A stretch of 63,141 bases of DNA, counting the filler. It is 8 parts of 8 records of this genome, joined end to end, with 100 filler letters (N's around TTAATTAATTAA, not from the genome) between each part and the next. Parts side by side here need not be neighbours in the genome. Positions count along the whole stretch, not along the records: positions 10,266 to 18,608 come from DRR723986_8856; positions 18,709 to 27,411 come from DRR723986_8857; 6 more parts are not named here. One strand, 5' to 3'. Shown here in pieces: positions 10,267 to 23,409 of the stretch. The position numbers were made by a program, and so were the translations under genes. How positions within the stretch are numbered: the first letter of the stretch is position 1; each line of letters begins with the position of its first letter. Below the pieces are notes generated by a model that made no database searches, had not been told where the DNA came from, and saw only the letters and a program-made list of their open reading frames with translations.

Positions 10267-10530
10267 GGCAAGGAATACCAGATGCTGGAGCTTCTGAGCC
10301 TGCGCAAGGGCACGACCCTGACGAAGGAGATGTTCCTCAATCACCTCTACGGCGGCATGGACGAACCGGAGCTGAAGATCATCGACGTGTTCATCTGCAA
10401 GCTGCGGAAGAAGCTCTCCGAAGCCACCGGCGACGACAACTACATCGAGACGGTCTGGGGCCGCGGCTATGTGCTGCGCGACCCGGATCCGGCCAAGGAA
10501 GAACCGAAGGCGCTGGCCGCCAACGGCTGA
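10267..10530 (+). CDS. ctrA: Cell-cycle response regulator CtrA (C-terminal part)
   Basis: [50 protein letters not shown]...IETVWGRGY; ctrA-ligA-recG synteny. Confidence 0.96.
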   Translation, partial: GKEYQMLELLSLRKGTTLTKEMFLNHLYGGMDEPELKIIDVFICKLRKKLSEATGDDNYIETVWGRGYVLRDPDPAKEEPKALAANG

Positions 10531-10574
10531 TATGGACCTCGGACCTTCGCGCGCCTATCACTTGGCCAAGGTGA

Positions 10575-14929
<4,355 letters not shown>

Positions 14930-14956
14930 GCCGCCACTGCCGGTTTGTTCTCAAAT

Positions 14957-14971
14957 GTTCTCAAAAAGTTC
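14957..14971 (+). promoter_or_regulatory. Alphaproteobacterial LexA (SOS) box
   Basis: GTTC-tcaaaaa-GTTC is a perfect GTTC-N7-GTTC. There is an extra GTTC at 14947 and a second, degenerate box GAAC-aaataga-CAAC at 14995-15009. Confidence 0.8.
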
Positions 14972-15034
14972 TTTACAGGTGGTTAATCATGTGAGAACAA
15001 ATAGACAACAAAGACGCTTACCGGAGAGACCGCC

Positions 15035-15157
15035 ATGTTCCAGATCGTCAAAACCGCATTGACCCGTGACCACGACGGTCTGTGGCAGGATGCCCTTGGC
15101 GGGCTTTCCCTGATCGTCATTCTCGTCTGCGCCCTGCATCTGCCGGTGCTTCTGTAA
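15035..15157 (+). CDS. 40-aa single-TM small protein, putatively SOS-induced
   Basis: GGAGA RBS at 15023-15027; translates MFQIVKTALTRDHDGLWQDALGGLSLIVILVCALHLPVLL*; below the ORF-track cutoff. Confidence 0.75.
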   Translation: MFQIVKTALTRDHDGLWQDALGGLSLIVILVCALHLPVLL

Positions 15158-15282
15158 CCCTTTCTGCCTGCGTGTTCCTGTCCCGGATCCTGGCACCCGT
15201 CTGTCCCAAGACAGTGCCTGCCTGTCCCCAACCTCGGTTTCACTGCCTGTGACCGACCCGATCCGGCGCCCGACGCGCCCTT

Positions 15283-15318
15283 CCGCCGCCTCCATCCCCG
15301 GAGCGCGGCGGTTTTTTT
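15283..15318 (+). terminator. Intrinsic terminator
   Basis: CCGCCGC...GCGGCGG stem followed by T7. Confidence 0.8.
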
Positions 15319-15419
15319 GTCTGGCTTGGCGTATTGTCAGGGTGGAGCGGGCCGCGCCCCGGAGCGGCCGCAGATGCGCCGCGCCGGATGACCCTGCGCA
15401 TGTCCGCTGGGACGGAGGA

Positions 15420-15872
15420 TCAGGCGGTCTGGTTGATCCGCGCGATCTCGACCGCCTCGGCGGCCGCGTCGAGGGCCAGCAGGATGGAGGCATGGCGGTT
15501 CTTGTAGGCCTGCGCGGGGCGCAGCACCTCCAGCCCCTCGAACGGAGAGGCCGGGGTGGGCCCGTCCTCCTTCAGCATCGCGCGCAATGAGTCCCGCGCC
15601 TGCACGATCTGGTCGGGCGTGCAGCCCACGATCGCAGCGCCCACGACAGAAGCCGCGGCCTGACCCAGCGCGCAGGCTTTGACGTCCTGTCCGTAGTCGG
15701 CAACCCTGCCGTCGCGCATGACGAGGTCCACCGTCACGGTGGATCCGCACAGCGGAGAGCGCTTCTTGACGGTCGCATCGGGCGCCTCGAGCCGTCCCAG
15801 CCGCGGGATGTCGGCGGCCAGTTCGAGGATGCGCCCGGAGTAGAGCTTTATGAGGTCGGTTTCGCCGGACAT
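15420..15872 (-). CDS. IscU/NifU-N-like Fe-S scaffold protein
   Basis: SPLCGS, VKACALGQA and NRHASILL motifs. Confidence 0.88.
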   Translation of the reverse strand: MSGETDLIKLYSGRILELAADIPRLGRLEAPDATVKKRSPLCGSTVTVDLVMRDGRVADYGQDVKACALGQAAASVVGAAIVGCTPDQIVQARDSLRAMLKEDGPTPASPFEGLEVLRPAQAYKNRHASILLALDAAAEAVEIARINQTA

Positions 15873-15949
15873 GGGTCTTTCGCGGTTTTCCTTTGCCCCT
15901 TGGCCTCATACATAGGGAACGCTCAGCGACAAGCAAAAGGTTTTTGCCC

Positions 15950-16306
15950 ATGCCCTTCGATCCTGCGACCTTGGTCTATGACACGCGCGGCCTGATCCCC
16001 TGCATCGCGCAGGCGGAAGGAAGCGGCGAGGTGCTGATGATGGCATGGATGAACGCCGAGGCGGTCGCAAAGACTCTCGAAACCGGGCGCGTCACCTATT
16101 GGTCCCGCTCCCGGCAAGCCTTCTGGGTGAAGGGCGAGACATCGGGCCACACGCAGGAGTTGGTGGATCTGCGGGTCGACTGCGACCGCGACTGCCTTTT
16201 GGCGGTGGTCCGGCAAGAGGGGCCGGCCTGCCACACCAACCGGCGGTCGTGCTTCTACACCTCTGTCGTCGGCGAGGAGACGGAGCTCATGGCGCCCATG
16301 GTCTGA
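15950..16306 (+). CDS. hisI: Phosphoribosyl-AMP cyclohydrolase
   Basis: YWSRSR, KGETSG, DCDRD and ACHT..RSCF motifs; start at MPFDP. Confidence 0.93.
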   Translation: MPFDPATLVYDTRGLIPCIAQAEGSGEVLMMAWMNAEAVAKTLETGRVTYWSRSRQAFWVKGETSGHTQELVDLRVDCDRDCLLAVVRQEGPACHTNRRSCFYTSVVGEETELMAPMV

Positions 16307-16409
16307 GGGCCGACTGCGGGGCGGCTGCGGCTTTTCGGTATTTGGGCCAAGAAGAAGCACCAGAGGACGGCGCCCCTTCGGCGGCATGGGGTGCGCTGGG
16401 GCACGCGGC

Positions 16410-17255
16410 TTAGAGCCCGACCATGGCACGGATGTCTTTCGGCGTGGCGCCCTCGGCCCGGTAGGTGGCGATGGCGCGGGCGTCGTCGCGTTTGGCGAGG
16501 CGTTTGCCCTGATCGTCGCGGATCAGGCGGTGGTGGTGGTAGATCGGTGTGGCGAGGCCCAGCAGGCCCTGTAGGACGACGTGGATCTGCGTGGCGTCGA
16601 AGAGGTCTTCGCCCCGAACGACGTGGGTGATGTCCTGCGCCGCGTCGTCGAGGACGACCGACAGGTGGTAGGAGCCGGGAACGTCGCGGCGCGAGAGGAC
16701 GATGTCGCCGACCGTGTCGACCAGCGCGCGGGCGGCGATCCGGGGGGGGGGCCGGTGCCCGGTTTCAGTGAAGGTGACTTCAGGTAGGGAGAGGGTGTTC
16801 AGGGCGAGGGCCATGTCGAGGCGGAGCGCGCCGTCGGGGAGCGGGCCGCTGCGGGGTTTGCTGCGACAGGTCCCGGGATAGACCGGGCCGTCGGGGCCGA
16901 TCATGGGCGCGCCTTCCTGCGGGGCCGAGGCCGCCTCGGCGATGTCGCGGCGGGTGCAGGTGCAGGGGTAGAGAAGCCCCTTGTCCCAAAGGGTTTCAAG
17001 GGCTGCGCGGTAGGCTGGTAGCCGATCGGATTGCCTCAGGACCGGTTCGGGCCAGTGGAGCCCCAGCCAACTCAGGTCATCGTATATCCGATGCTCCCAA
17101 GCGGTTCGGGATCGGGTGCTGTCGATGTCCTCGATCCGTAGAAGGAAGGTGCCGCCCGCGCGCTTGGCCATGTCGTAGGCGGTCAGTGCGGAGAACGCAT
17201 GGCCAAGGTGCAGGGGGCCGGTCGGGCTGGGGGCGAAGCGTGTGCGGAAGGTCAC
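16410..17255 (-). CDS. gluQ: Glutamyl-Q tRNA(Asp) synthetase
   Basis: [32 protein letters not shown] and RLAKR motifs; short, with no anticodon domain. Confidence 0.92.
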   Translation of the reverse strand: MTFRTRFAPSPTGPLHLGHAFSALTAYDMAKRAGGTFLLRIEDIDSTRSRTAWEHRIYDDLSWLGLHWPEPVLRQSDRLPAYRAALETLWDKGLLYPCTCTRRDIAEAASAPQEGAPMIGPDGPVYPGTCRSKPRSGPLPDGALRLDMALALNTLSLPEVTFTETGHRPPPRIAARALVDTVGDIVLSRRDVPGSYHLSVVLDDAAQDITHVVRGEDLFDATQIHVVLQGLLGLATPIYHHHRLIRDDQGKRLAKRDDARAIATYRAEGATPKDIRAMVGL

Positions 17256-18607
17256 GCGTTCTCAGGGGGTTGCGCGGCAGAGTTCACCTGTTGAGCGAGC
17301 CAGTCGGACCATTCTGCCTTGGCCCGGTCGGTGTAGCCCTTGTAGCGGTCACGGCGGCCCCGGCGCCCGCCTTTCAGACCTTCGAGCGGGCGGAACAGGC
17401 CGAAGTTCACGTTCATCGGCTGGAAGGTCTTGGCCTCGGCGCCGCCGGTGATGTGGTGGATCAGCGCCCCGTGGGCGGTGTCCTGCGGGACGGTCGGAAG
17501 GGGGTGGCCGAGGATTTCGGCGGCGGCCATGCGGCCCGCGAGAAGCCCCATGGCGGCGGATTCGACATAGCCCTCGACCCCCGTCACCTGACCGGCGAAG
17601 CGGATATTGAGGCGCGAGCGCAGGCGCATCTGCGCGTCCAGCAGCGTCGGGGAGTTGAGGAAGGTGTTGCGGTGGATGCCGCCGAGTCGAGCGAAAGTGG
17701 CCTCTTCAAGACCGGGTATCGTTTTGAAAACAGCGGTTTGCGCGCCGTACTTCATCTTCGTCTGGAAACCGACGATGTTGTAGAGCGTCCCCAGCGCATT
17801 GTCGCGGCGCAGTTGCACCACGGCATAGGGCTTTTCCTCGGGCTTGTGGGCATTGGTCAGGCCCACGGGCTTCATGGGGCCGTGGCGCAGGGTCTCGCGT
17901 CCGCGCTCTGCCATGACCTCGATGGGCAGGCAGCCGTCGAAATATTTCGCCGTCTCGCCCTCGTGGAACTCGGTCTTGTCGGCGGCCAGAAGCGCGTCGA
18001 TGAACACCTCGTACTGGTCCTTCGTCATCGGGCAGTTGAGGTAGGCCTTCTGCTCGGCCTCGGTCTCGCCCTTGTCGTAGCGGGACTGGCGCCAGACCAC
18101 GTCCATGTCGATGCTGTCCGCATAGACGATGGGGGCGATGGCGTCGAAGAAGGCAAGGCGGTCGGCGCCGGTCTCTCGCTGGATCGCGGCCCCCAGAGCC
18201 TCTGACGTCAACGGGCCGGTGGCGAAGATCCAGCGGCCGTCCGTGGGAAGGTCGGTGATTTCCTCATGGGTGATCGCGATGTTCGGATGCGCGGTCAGGG
18301 CGGCGGTGATGCTTTCGGCGAAGGCCTCGCGGTCGACGGCCAGCGCACCGCCCGCGGGCAGGCGGTGCTTGTGCGCGGTCTCGATGATCAGACCGCCGGC
18401 CTGACGCATCTCCCAATGCAGCAGGCCCACCGCGTTCTGTTCGTCGTCATCCGAGCGGAAGGAATTGGAGCAGACCATTTCCCCAAGGTTTTCCGTCTGA
18501 TGCGCGAAGGTCTTCACCTTCGGGCGCATCTCGTGAAGCACGACCTTCACGCCCGAGTTCGCGGCCTGCCAGGCGGCTTCGGACCCGGCCATGCCGCCGC
18601 CCACGAT
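17252..18607 (-). CDS. trmFO: Folate/FAD-dependent tRNA U54 methyltransferase TrmFO (few N-terminal residues missing)
   Basis: [36 protein letters not shown] and [15 protein letters not shown] motifs. Confidence 0.96.
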   Translation of the reverse strand: MVGGGMAGSEAAWQAANSGVKVVLHEMRPKVKTFAHQTENLGEMVCSNSFRSDDDEQNAVGLLHWEMRQAGGLIIETAHKHRLPAGGALAVDREAFAESITAALTAHPNIAITHEEITDLPTDGRWIFATGPLTSEALGAAIQRETGADRLAFFDAIAPIVYADSIDMDVVWRQSRYDKGETEAEQKAYLNCPMTKDQYEVFIDALLAADKTEFHEGETAKYFDGCLPIEVMAERGRETLRHGPMKPVGLTNAHKPEEKPYAVVQLRRDNALGTLYNIVGFQTKMKYGAQTAVFKTIPGLEEATFARLGGIHRNTFLNSPTLLDAQMRLRSRLNIRFAGQVTGVEGYVESAAMGLLAGRMAAAEILGHPLPTVPQDTAHGALIHHITGGAEAKTFQPMNVNFGLFRPLEGLKGGRRGRRDRYKGYTDRAKAEWSDWLAQQVNSAAQPPENA

Positions 18608-18608
18608 A

Positions 18609-18708
18609 NNNNNNNNNNNNNNNNNNNNNNNNNNNNNNNNNNNNNNNNNNNNTTAATTAATTAANNNNNNNNNNNNNNNNNNNNNNNNNNNNNNNNNNNN
18701 NNNNNNNN
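18609..18708. other. Artificial contig spacer
   Basis: N44-TTAATTAATTAA-N44; sharp GC drop across it. Confidence 0.98.
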
Positions 18709-18799
18709 ATTCAATTGAATGTTTATTAACACTAAAATAAGTTTTGAAGTAAATAATCTGGTTTTGAATAGATTAAAATAGTTGAAGAAAGTAACAGTT

Positions 18800-20917
18800 T
18801 TATTCAATTACCAATTTCTTCAGGTACCTTTTATCCTGAGTTGATAATTCAAGATAATAGTTGCCCGACTCATATGAAGATATATCTATGTTAATTGAAT
18901 GTACGTTTAATTCTGATTCAGTATAAACTACACTTCCTTGTAAATTAAAAATACGAACCGAGTTTATTGATTCTGTTAAACTACTGATTGACAATTGATG
19001 TGATGCAGGATTAGGGAATACGCTTATATCCGCATCATTCATCTCTCCCAAACCCATACCCGTCTGTGCTTCAACAAATACACAGGCAGTTGTGTCTTTA
19101 CAAGATCCTATGGTGATTTCACAGGCATAGTTTCCATCTGCGGTTGGAATATAATCTTGATCAATTTCACCAGGTATAGCAGCATAACCATTATCGCAAT
19201 CTAACCATTGATAATTACCTCCGGCTTGAACCACAAATGCTACACCCTGAGTTTCAAAAATGTTCATATTCAAATTGGTAAGGATATGTAAATCAATGTG
19301 AATGATACTGTCAACACCCGGGCAAAGATTGCTGCCTATGGTATCTGTGAATACGTAATCACCAGGATTGGTATAAATATTTCCTGCTGGAGATGTGTAA
19401 TCATCACACGTGTAAACTGTTAAAGAATCTTCAGGATCTGAGATGGTGAGGTGAATAGTTAATAAACTGTCACAACCTGGGCAATTGGTACTTGGCAACA
19501 CATCTACAAAATCATAAACACCTTGACCCGTATAAAAACTTCCTCCAGGAGAAGTGTAATCACCACAAGTTTCTACGGCAATTGAATCTGTTAAATCTTG
19601 AGTCGTGTTCCATTCCCATAATTCGCCTCCGGCGACCATATCGTCTGCCATAAAAAATACAGAAGTTCCCATACCTACCATGTCAGAAGGTGCAGAACTT
19701 CCCGTGCCTGGGACAATGTCTCTGCCAAGCATCACCGTGTTGCCATCATATCTCCATAATTCTTTTCCTGCAACGCCATCATCAGCCACAAAATAAAGTT
19801 CATCACCAACGGTTGCAAACTTATCCGTGCCACCTCCAAAAATTGATTCAGTTGCTCCTGGATAAATGTCCCCACAGAAAGAAGTTGTTGTGCCGTCATA
19901 TTTCCACAATTCATTTCCAGTGGTTCCGTCATTGGCAGCAAAGTATAACACGTTGGTACCAGCAGTGATGTGGTTTGGATGTGCATTTCCTCCTCCAGCA
20001 AATATATCGTCTATCATCACGGCAGTTGTACCGTCATAGCTCCATAATTCATAGCCTGTGGCTGCATTGAATCCTCTAAAATAAACTGCCGAACCAAATT
20101 TGGTGAACTCCCAAGGTGTGAAATCACCTGTGCCTGTAGTATTGACATCTAAACAAGTAGCCGAAGTGCCATCATGCACCCACAATTCGTAGCCTTGAGT
20201 TCCGTTGGTTGCCCTAAAGCAAATTTTGGATCCAACTGCGGTTAATTCTCCCAAATCAGAACCATTAGATCCTGGGTATAAATCTTCTACAACGGCAGTT
20301 GTACCGTCATATTTCCACAATTCAAATCCTAATGTAGGATGAATTCCAGTAAAGTAAACGTAACCTCCAGCACCCGCATATTCGTCAGTGTTTGAACTGG
20401 CCGATCCTGGATTTAGATCTGCCACTAAAGAGGCGGTAGTTCCATCATATTTCCAGGGTTCATAACCTGAAACGCCATCATCTGCTGTAAAATAAAGTTC
20501 AGATCCTATCGCAGTCAAATAACTCAAAGATGATCCAAATGTTCCTGGATAAATATCTGCCACCAAAGAAACAGAAGTACCATCAAATTTGAACAATTCC
20601 ATCCCGGTTGCCGCCGTAAATGCTGTGAAATAAAGGTCAGACCCCATCACTGTAAAGTTGTTTGGCATTGAACCTCCTGCTCCCGGATTAATATCTGCCA
20701 CCAATGACGATACGCCATTTTCATACTTCCAAAGTTCAGGACCTGCAGAACTTCCTGTACATCTGAAGTAAAGAGCTCCGTTAAATTCAACCATGTTTAC
20801 AGGTAGTGAACCGTAAGAGCCTGGATATACATCACTCGCTAAATAGACGCAGTGTGGTTGTGCGTGGCCAATCGATCCCAATAAAAGTAAAACGATCAAG
20901 ACTGTGTTTCTCATCAT
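18800..20917 (-). CDS. ELWxxDGT-repeat beta-propeller protein with T9SS C-terminal sorting domain
   Basis: Signal peptide, about 9 ELW(K/S/R/V)YDG-type repeats, and a C-terminal VFPNPAS...SGNYYLEL...KKLVIE T9SS signal. Confidence 0.9.
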   Translation of the reverse strand: MMRNTVLIVLLLLGSIGHAQPHCVYLASDVYPGSYGSLPVNMVEFNGALYFRCTGSSAGPELWKYENGVSSLVADINPGAGGSMPNNFTVMGSDLYFTAFTAATGMELFKFDGTSVSLVADIYPGTFGSSLSYLTAIGSELYFTADDGVSGYEPWKYDGTTASLVADLNPGSASSNTDEYAGAGGYVYFTGIHPTLGFELWKYDGTTAVVEDLYPGSNGSDLGELTAVGSKICFRATNGTQGYELWVHDGTSATCLDVNTTGTGDFTPWEFTKFGSAVYFRGFNAATGYELWSYDGTTAVMIDDIFAGGGNAHPNHITAGTNVLYFAANDGTTGNELWKYDGTTTSFCGDIYPGATESIFGGGTDKFATVGDELYFVADDGVAGKELWRYDGNTVMLGRDIVPGTGSSAPSDMVGMGTSVFFMADDMVAGGELWEWNTTQDLTDSIAVETCGDYTSPGGSFYTGQGVYDFVDVLPSTNCPGCDSLLTIHLTISDPEDSLTVYTCDDYTSPAGNIYTNPGDYVFTDTIGSNLCPGVDSIIHIDLHILTNLNMNIFETQGVAFVVQAGGNYQWLDCDNGYAAIPGEIDQDYIPTADGNYACEITIGSCKDTTACVFVEAQTGMGLGEMNDADISVFPNPASHQLSISSLTESINSVRIFNLQGSVVYTESELNVHSINIDISSYESGNYYLELSTQDKRYLKKLVIE

Positions 20918-21055
20918 TTCTATTAAAGTCGCTTTTTTACGACAGAGTAGTTTTGTTAATTTCAGTTACAAATTACGGAAAAATAAGGCAATTGAGCCAA
21001 ATTTTAACAGTTGAATTATCACAGGGCTTTGGTGAAAAGTGATGAAAAAGCAACA

Positions 21056-21517
21056 TTAAAAATGCATTTTCATGCCTTCGTGACTGGCTTTAAAACCTAA
21101 ATCTTCATAGAATTTTATGGCTTCGGGTCGTTGTTTGTCAGTGGTCAATTGCAGTACATGGGCATTTCTTTCTTTGGCTCTTGAAATTGCCCATTCGAAA
21201 AGTTGTTTCCCAATTCCTTGGCCTCTGTAACTGTCTTTTATTCTTACCGCTTCAATTTGTGCTCTTATGCCGCCTTGATAGGTTAAGTATTGGATGAATG
21301 AAAGTTGCAATGTTCCAATCACTTCTTGATCATCATTTTCAACTACCATCAATTCTTGATTCGGATCAGCAGTAATGTTTTTAAAGGCCTTAATATATTC
21401 TGACGGCAGCGGGTCTTGAAAATTTTCGCGTTGAGCGCCCAGCTTGTCATTGGCAATCATCTCAATAATCGCTGGGACATCTTGTTCGGTTGCTTTTCTG
21501 AAATTGATCATGTTCAA
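21056..21517 (-). CDS. GNAT N-acetyltransferase
   Basis: RAQIEAVRI..YRGQGIG, LQLTTDKQR and FYEDLGF motifs. Confidence 0.9.
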   Translation of the reverse strand: MNMINFRKATEQDVPAIIEMIANDKLGAQRENFQDPLPSEYIKAFKNITADPNQELMVVENDDQEVIGTLQLSFIQYLTYQGGIRAQIEAVRIKDSYRGQGIGKQLFEWAISRAKERNAHVLQLTTDKQRPEAIKFYEDLGFKASHEGMKMHF

Positions 21518-21620
21518 AGAATTAAGTGTGAATTAACTTTCAGATTTAAATTGAAATTCAGGTGAGTGACCAAGTTCAAAACACCCTCAAATCGGCTTAT
21601 CTTAGTATTGTTGTTTATAG

Positions 21621-22331
21621 TTATTTTTTCCAAATGTGATAGAAGAATTCCATTGAGTCAACTGAATAGCCTAACTTCTCATATAATTTGCAAGCCGGGA
21701 TATTATCTCCTTGCGTAACAATCTGAATTTCTTCATATCCTTGGTCAAATGACCATTTTTCAGCGTTTTCAAAAAGTATTTTTCCAATGCCTTTTCCCCT
21801 ATAGTTTGAATCTACGGCTCCCATTCCTAGATCAGCTCTATTGTTTTTTTCTCCTATCGTAAGGTACCCGGCGATATCATCATTGTGATTATAGACAATT
21901 ACTTCATCTGCCATTTCTCTTTTAACAGATTTAATTATCCAAAGTTTATACAGTTCTTCATATTTATCGCGACCTATTTTTTTGTCTACATTGAATCTGG
22001 AGTAAACACCGCTTTGTATTGCCAGGTTGATTACTTTAGAACTTGGGAAATCATTGATATATGAACTAATTTGTGGGTGAGATTTTAACTCTGGATTAAT
22101 TTTTTTTACAAACGTAGTTTTCTTATCCACCATAGTAATTTCTAAGGTGTCAATGTCATCAATTTTTAATTCTTCAGCCGAAGAGTAGTAGGCAAGTTTA
22201 AATTTACCCTCATTCATTTTTAAGTCAACTGCTCTCAAATCTTCATTATTCTCAATTAATCCTTGAATTCTACATATATTGAAATCAAAAAAATCTGAGT
22301 CCCAATCGAGTTTTAATAAAGTCTGCTTCAT
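21621..22331 (-). CDS. WecD/RffC-like dTDP-4-amino-4,6-dideoxygalactose acetyltransferase (GNAT)
   Basis: LDWDSDFF, SGVYSRF..D, YRGKGIG and VTQGDNIPACKLYEKLGY motifs. Confidence 0.8.
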   Translation of the reverse strand: MKQTLLKLDWDSDFFDFNICRIQGLIENNEDLRAVDLKMNEGKFKLAYYSSAEELKIDDIDTLEITMVDKKTTFVKKINPELKSHPQISSYINDFPSSKVINLAIQSGVYSRFNVDKKIGRDKYEELYKLWIIKSVKREMADEVIVYNHNDDIAGYLTIGEKNNRADLGMGAVDSNYRGKGIGKILFENAEKWSFDQGYEEIQIVTQGDNIPACKLYEKLGYSVDSMEFFYHIWKK

Positions 22332-22419
22332 TTTCTACTATACTTTCTATTCTTAGTTCTGACTGGCTTAAATTTATCATTTTCCCTCACATTTTTATAT
22401 GTGGGGACTTACTCGCGTG

Positions 22420-22584
22420 GTTTGTGTAAAGTTAATCATTCGAGCGTAGCACATTTTTCTTATTCTTCACCAAAGACGAAACGGAGTGGAGTCGTGTTTT
22501 TGGATTGGCTTTTTAGCTAATCGTAAAACTTGAATCTGGACAAAGGAAGGGACGTGAGCTTTGCTTACTATGTTATGTGTAGTT
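22420..22584. mobile_element. attC-like element 1 (one outer core degraded)
   Basis: Left arm GTTTGTGTAAAGTT (22420-22433) and right arm CTTTGCTTACTATGTTATGTGTAGTT (to 22584) match the arms of element 2; internal hairpins present. Confidence 0.55.
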
Positions 22585-22589
22585 TTTCA

Positions 22590-23198
22590 CTACTCTAGAA
22601 CGACTATTCGGTGAACTTTTGGGTAAATTTTATTCTCTTCGGAGTATGTGTTGTCTTGCATCCATACGAAATGTTCGAAATCCTCTTTGTTGTAATCGAG
22701 CATGGTTCCGAAAGATTTGACATCAGGCCTTTCCTCTGAAATATCTAAGTTTCCTACTTTATTGAATGTTGAAAGGAATTCCTGTTTGTTTTCTTCACAC
22801 CAAACATGCATTCCCTCAACATATTTGTTTTTACCGATTCCAACCATTCTAATTGTTCCATTTATGAAAGATTCCAAACCACTTTGGTTTGTGTCAAGAT
22901 GCACTGGGGCCATTGCACAAGTAGAGGTGCCGAGCATCATGTAACACATGAAGCCATACTCAGGGAAAGAATCGAGAACAAAACAATCTCCAATAAAGAG
23001 AGTTCCTGCTGAGTCTTGTGTTGTTTCATTGTCTGCAAGATCTTCGAAAATAAGTGTGTCCTTATTCGTGAATTCAGGAGCAGAAACGTCTTCAATATAA
23101 CCTTCAATAAGGTCATTCAGATTTTGTTCCTTTTGCTCTGTCTGGCAAGAACTTATTAGAACCACTGCGAGTGAAAATATGTAGTAAATTTGCTTCAA
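22590..23198 (-). CDS. Hypothetical lipoprotein (cassette gene)
   Basis: A TTG start at 23198 gives MKQIYYIFSLAVVLISSC (signal peptide with lipobox). The ORF fills the space between two attC-like sites. Confidence 0.72.
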   Translation of the reverse strand: MKQIYYIFSLAVVLISSCQTEQKEQNLNDLIEGYIEDVSAPEFTNKDTLIFEDLADNETTQDSAGTLFIGDCFVLDSFPEYGFMCYMMLGTSTCAMAPVHLDTNQSGLESFINGTIRMVGIGKNKYVEGMHVWCEENKQEFLSTFNKVGNLDISEERPDVKSFGTMLDYNKEDFEHFVWMQDNTYSEENKIYPKVHRIVVLE

Positions 23199-23201
23199 GC
23201 T

Positions 23202-23286
23202 AATTGTGCATAACGTTTGAGTAAAGTTAGTGCTTGAGCACGAACCGCGCAAGCGGTAAACTTTACTTATTATGTTGTAGCCAGTT
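23202..23286. mobile_element. attC-like element 2 (complete)
   Basis: Imperfect inverted repeat CATAAC-GTTTGAGTAAAGTT ... AACTTTACTTATTAT-GTTGTAG enclosing two small hairpins (GTGCT-tg-AGCAC; ACCGC-gcaa-GCGGT). Confidence 0.72.
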
Positions 23287-23332
23287 TTTTCTTGATCAAT
23301 TTATAATGGTAGCATTGTGCTTAAATACTATT

Positions 23333-23406
23333 TGACAAAAAAATATTTGTCAAAAACTTTAACAAATAAAAATTTGTCAGTATATTTGACAAAAAAATAT
23401 TTGTTA
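23333..23406 (+). promoter_or_regulatory. Three tandem palindromic operators (TRACAAA-N6-TTTGTYA, 27-bp period) overlapping a Bacteroidota -7 promoter element
   Basis: Copies start at 23333, 23360 and 23387; TATATTTG at 23381-23388 matches TAnnTTTG. Confidence 0.75.
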
Positions 23407-23409
23407 GGC

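Noticed and set aside
21518-21620. Further attC-like site between the two GNAT genes
   Set aside because: I found neither the arm motif nor paired GTT/AAC cores, so the array is not extended leftwards.
23199-23252. ORF-track start of the 220-aa ORF
   Set aside because: It lies inside the attC-like hairpin. TTG 23198 gives a proper lipoprotein signal peptide.
23317-23409. Repetitive N-terminal extension (YLTKKYL x2) of the ATPase, and a possible mini-CRISPR
   Set aside because: It is the translation of the operator repeats. The units are separated by only 7 nt, with no unique spacers and no cas genes.
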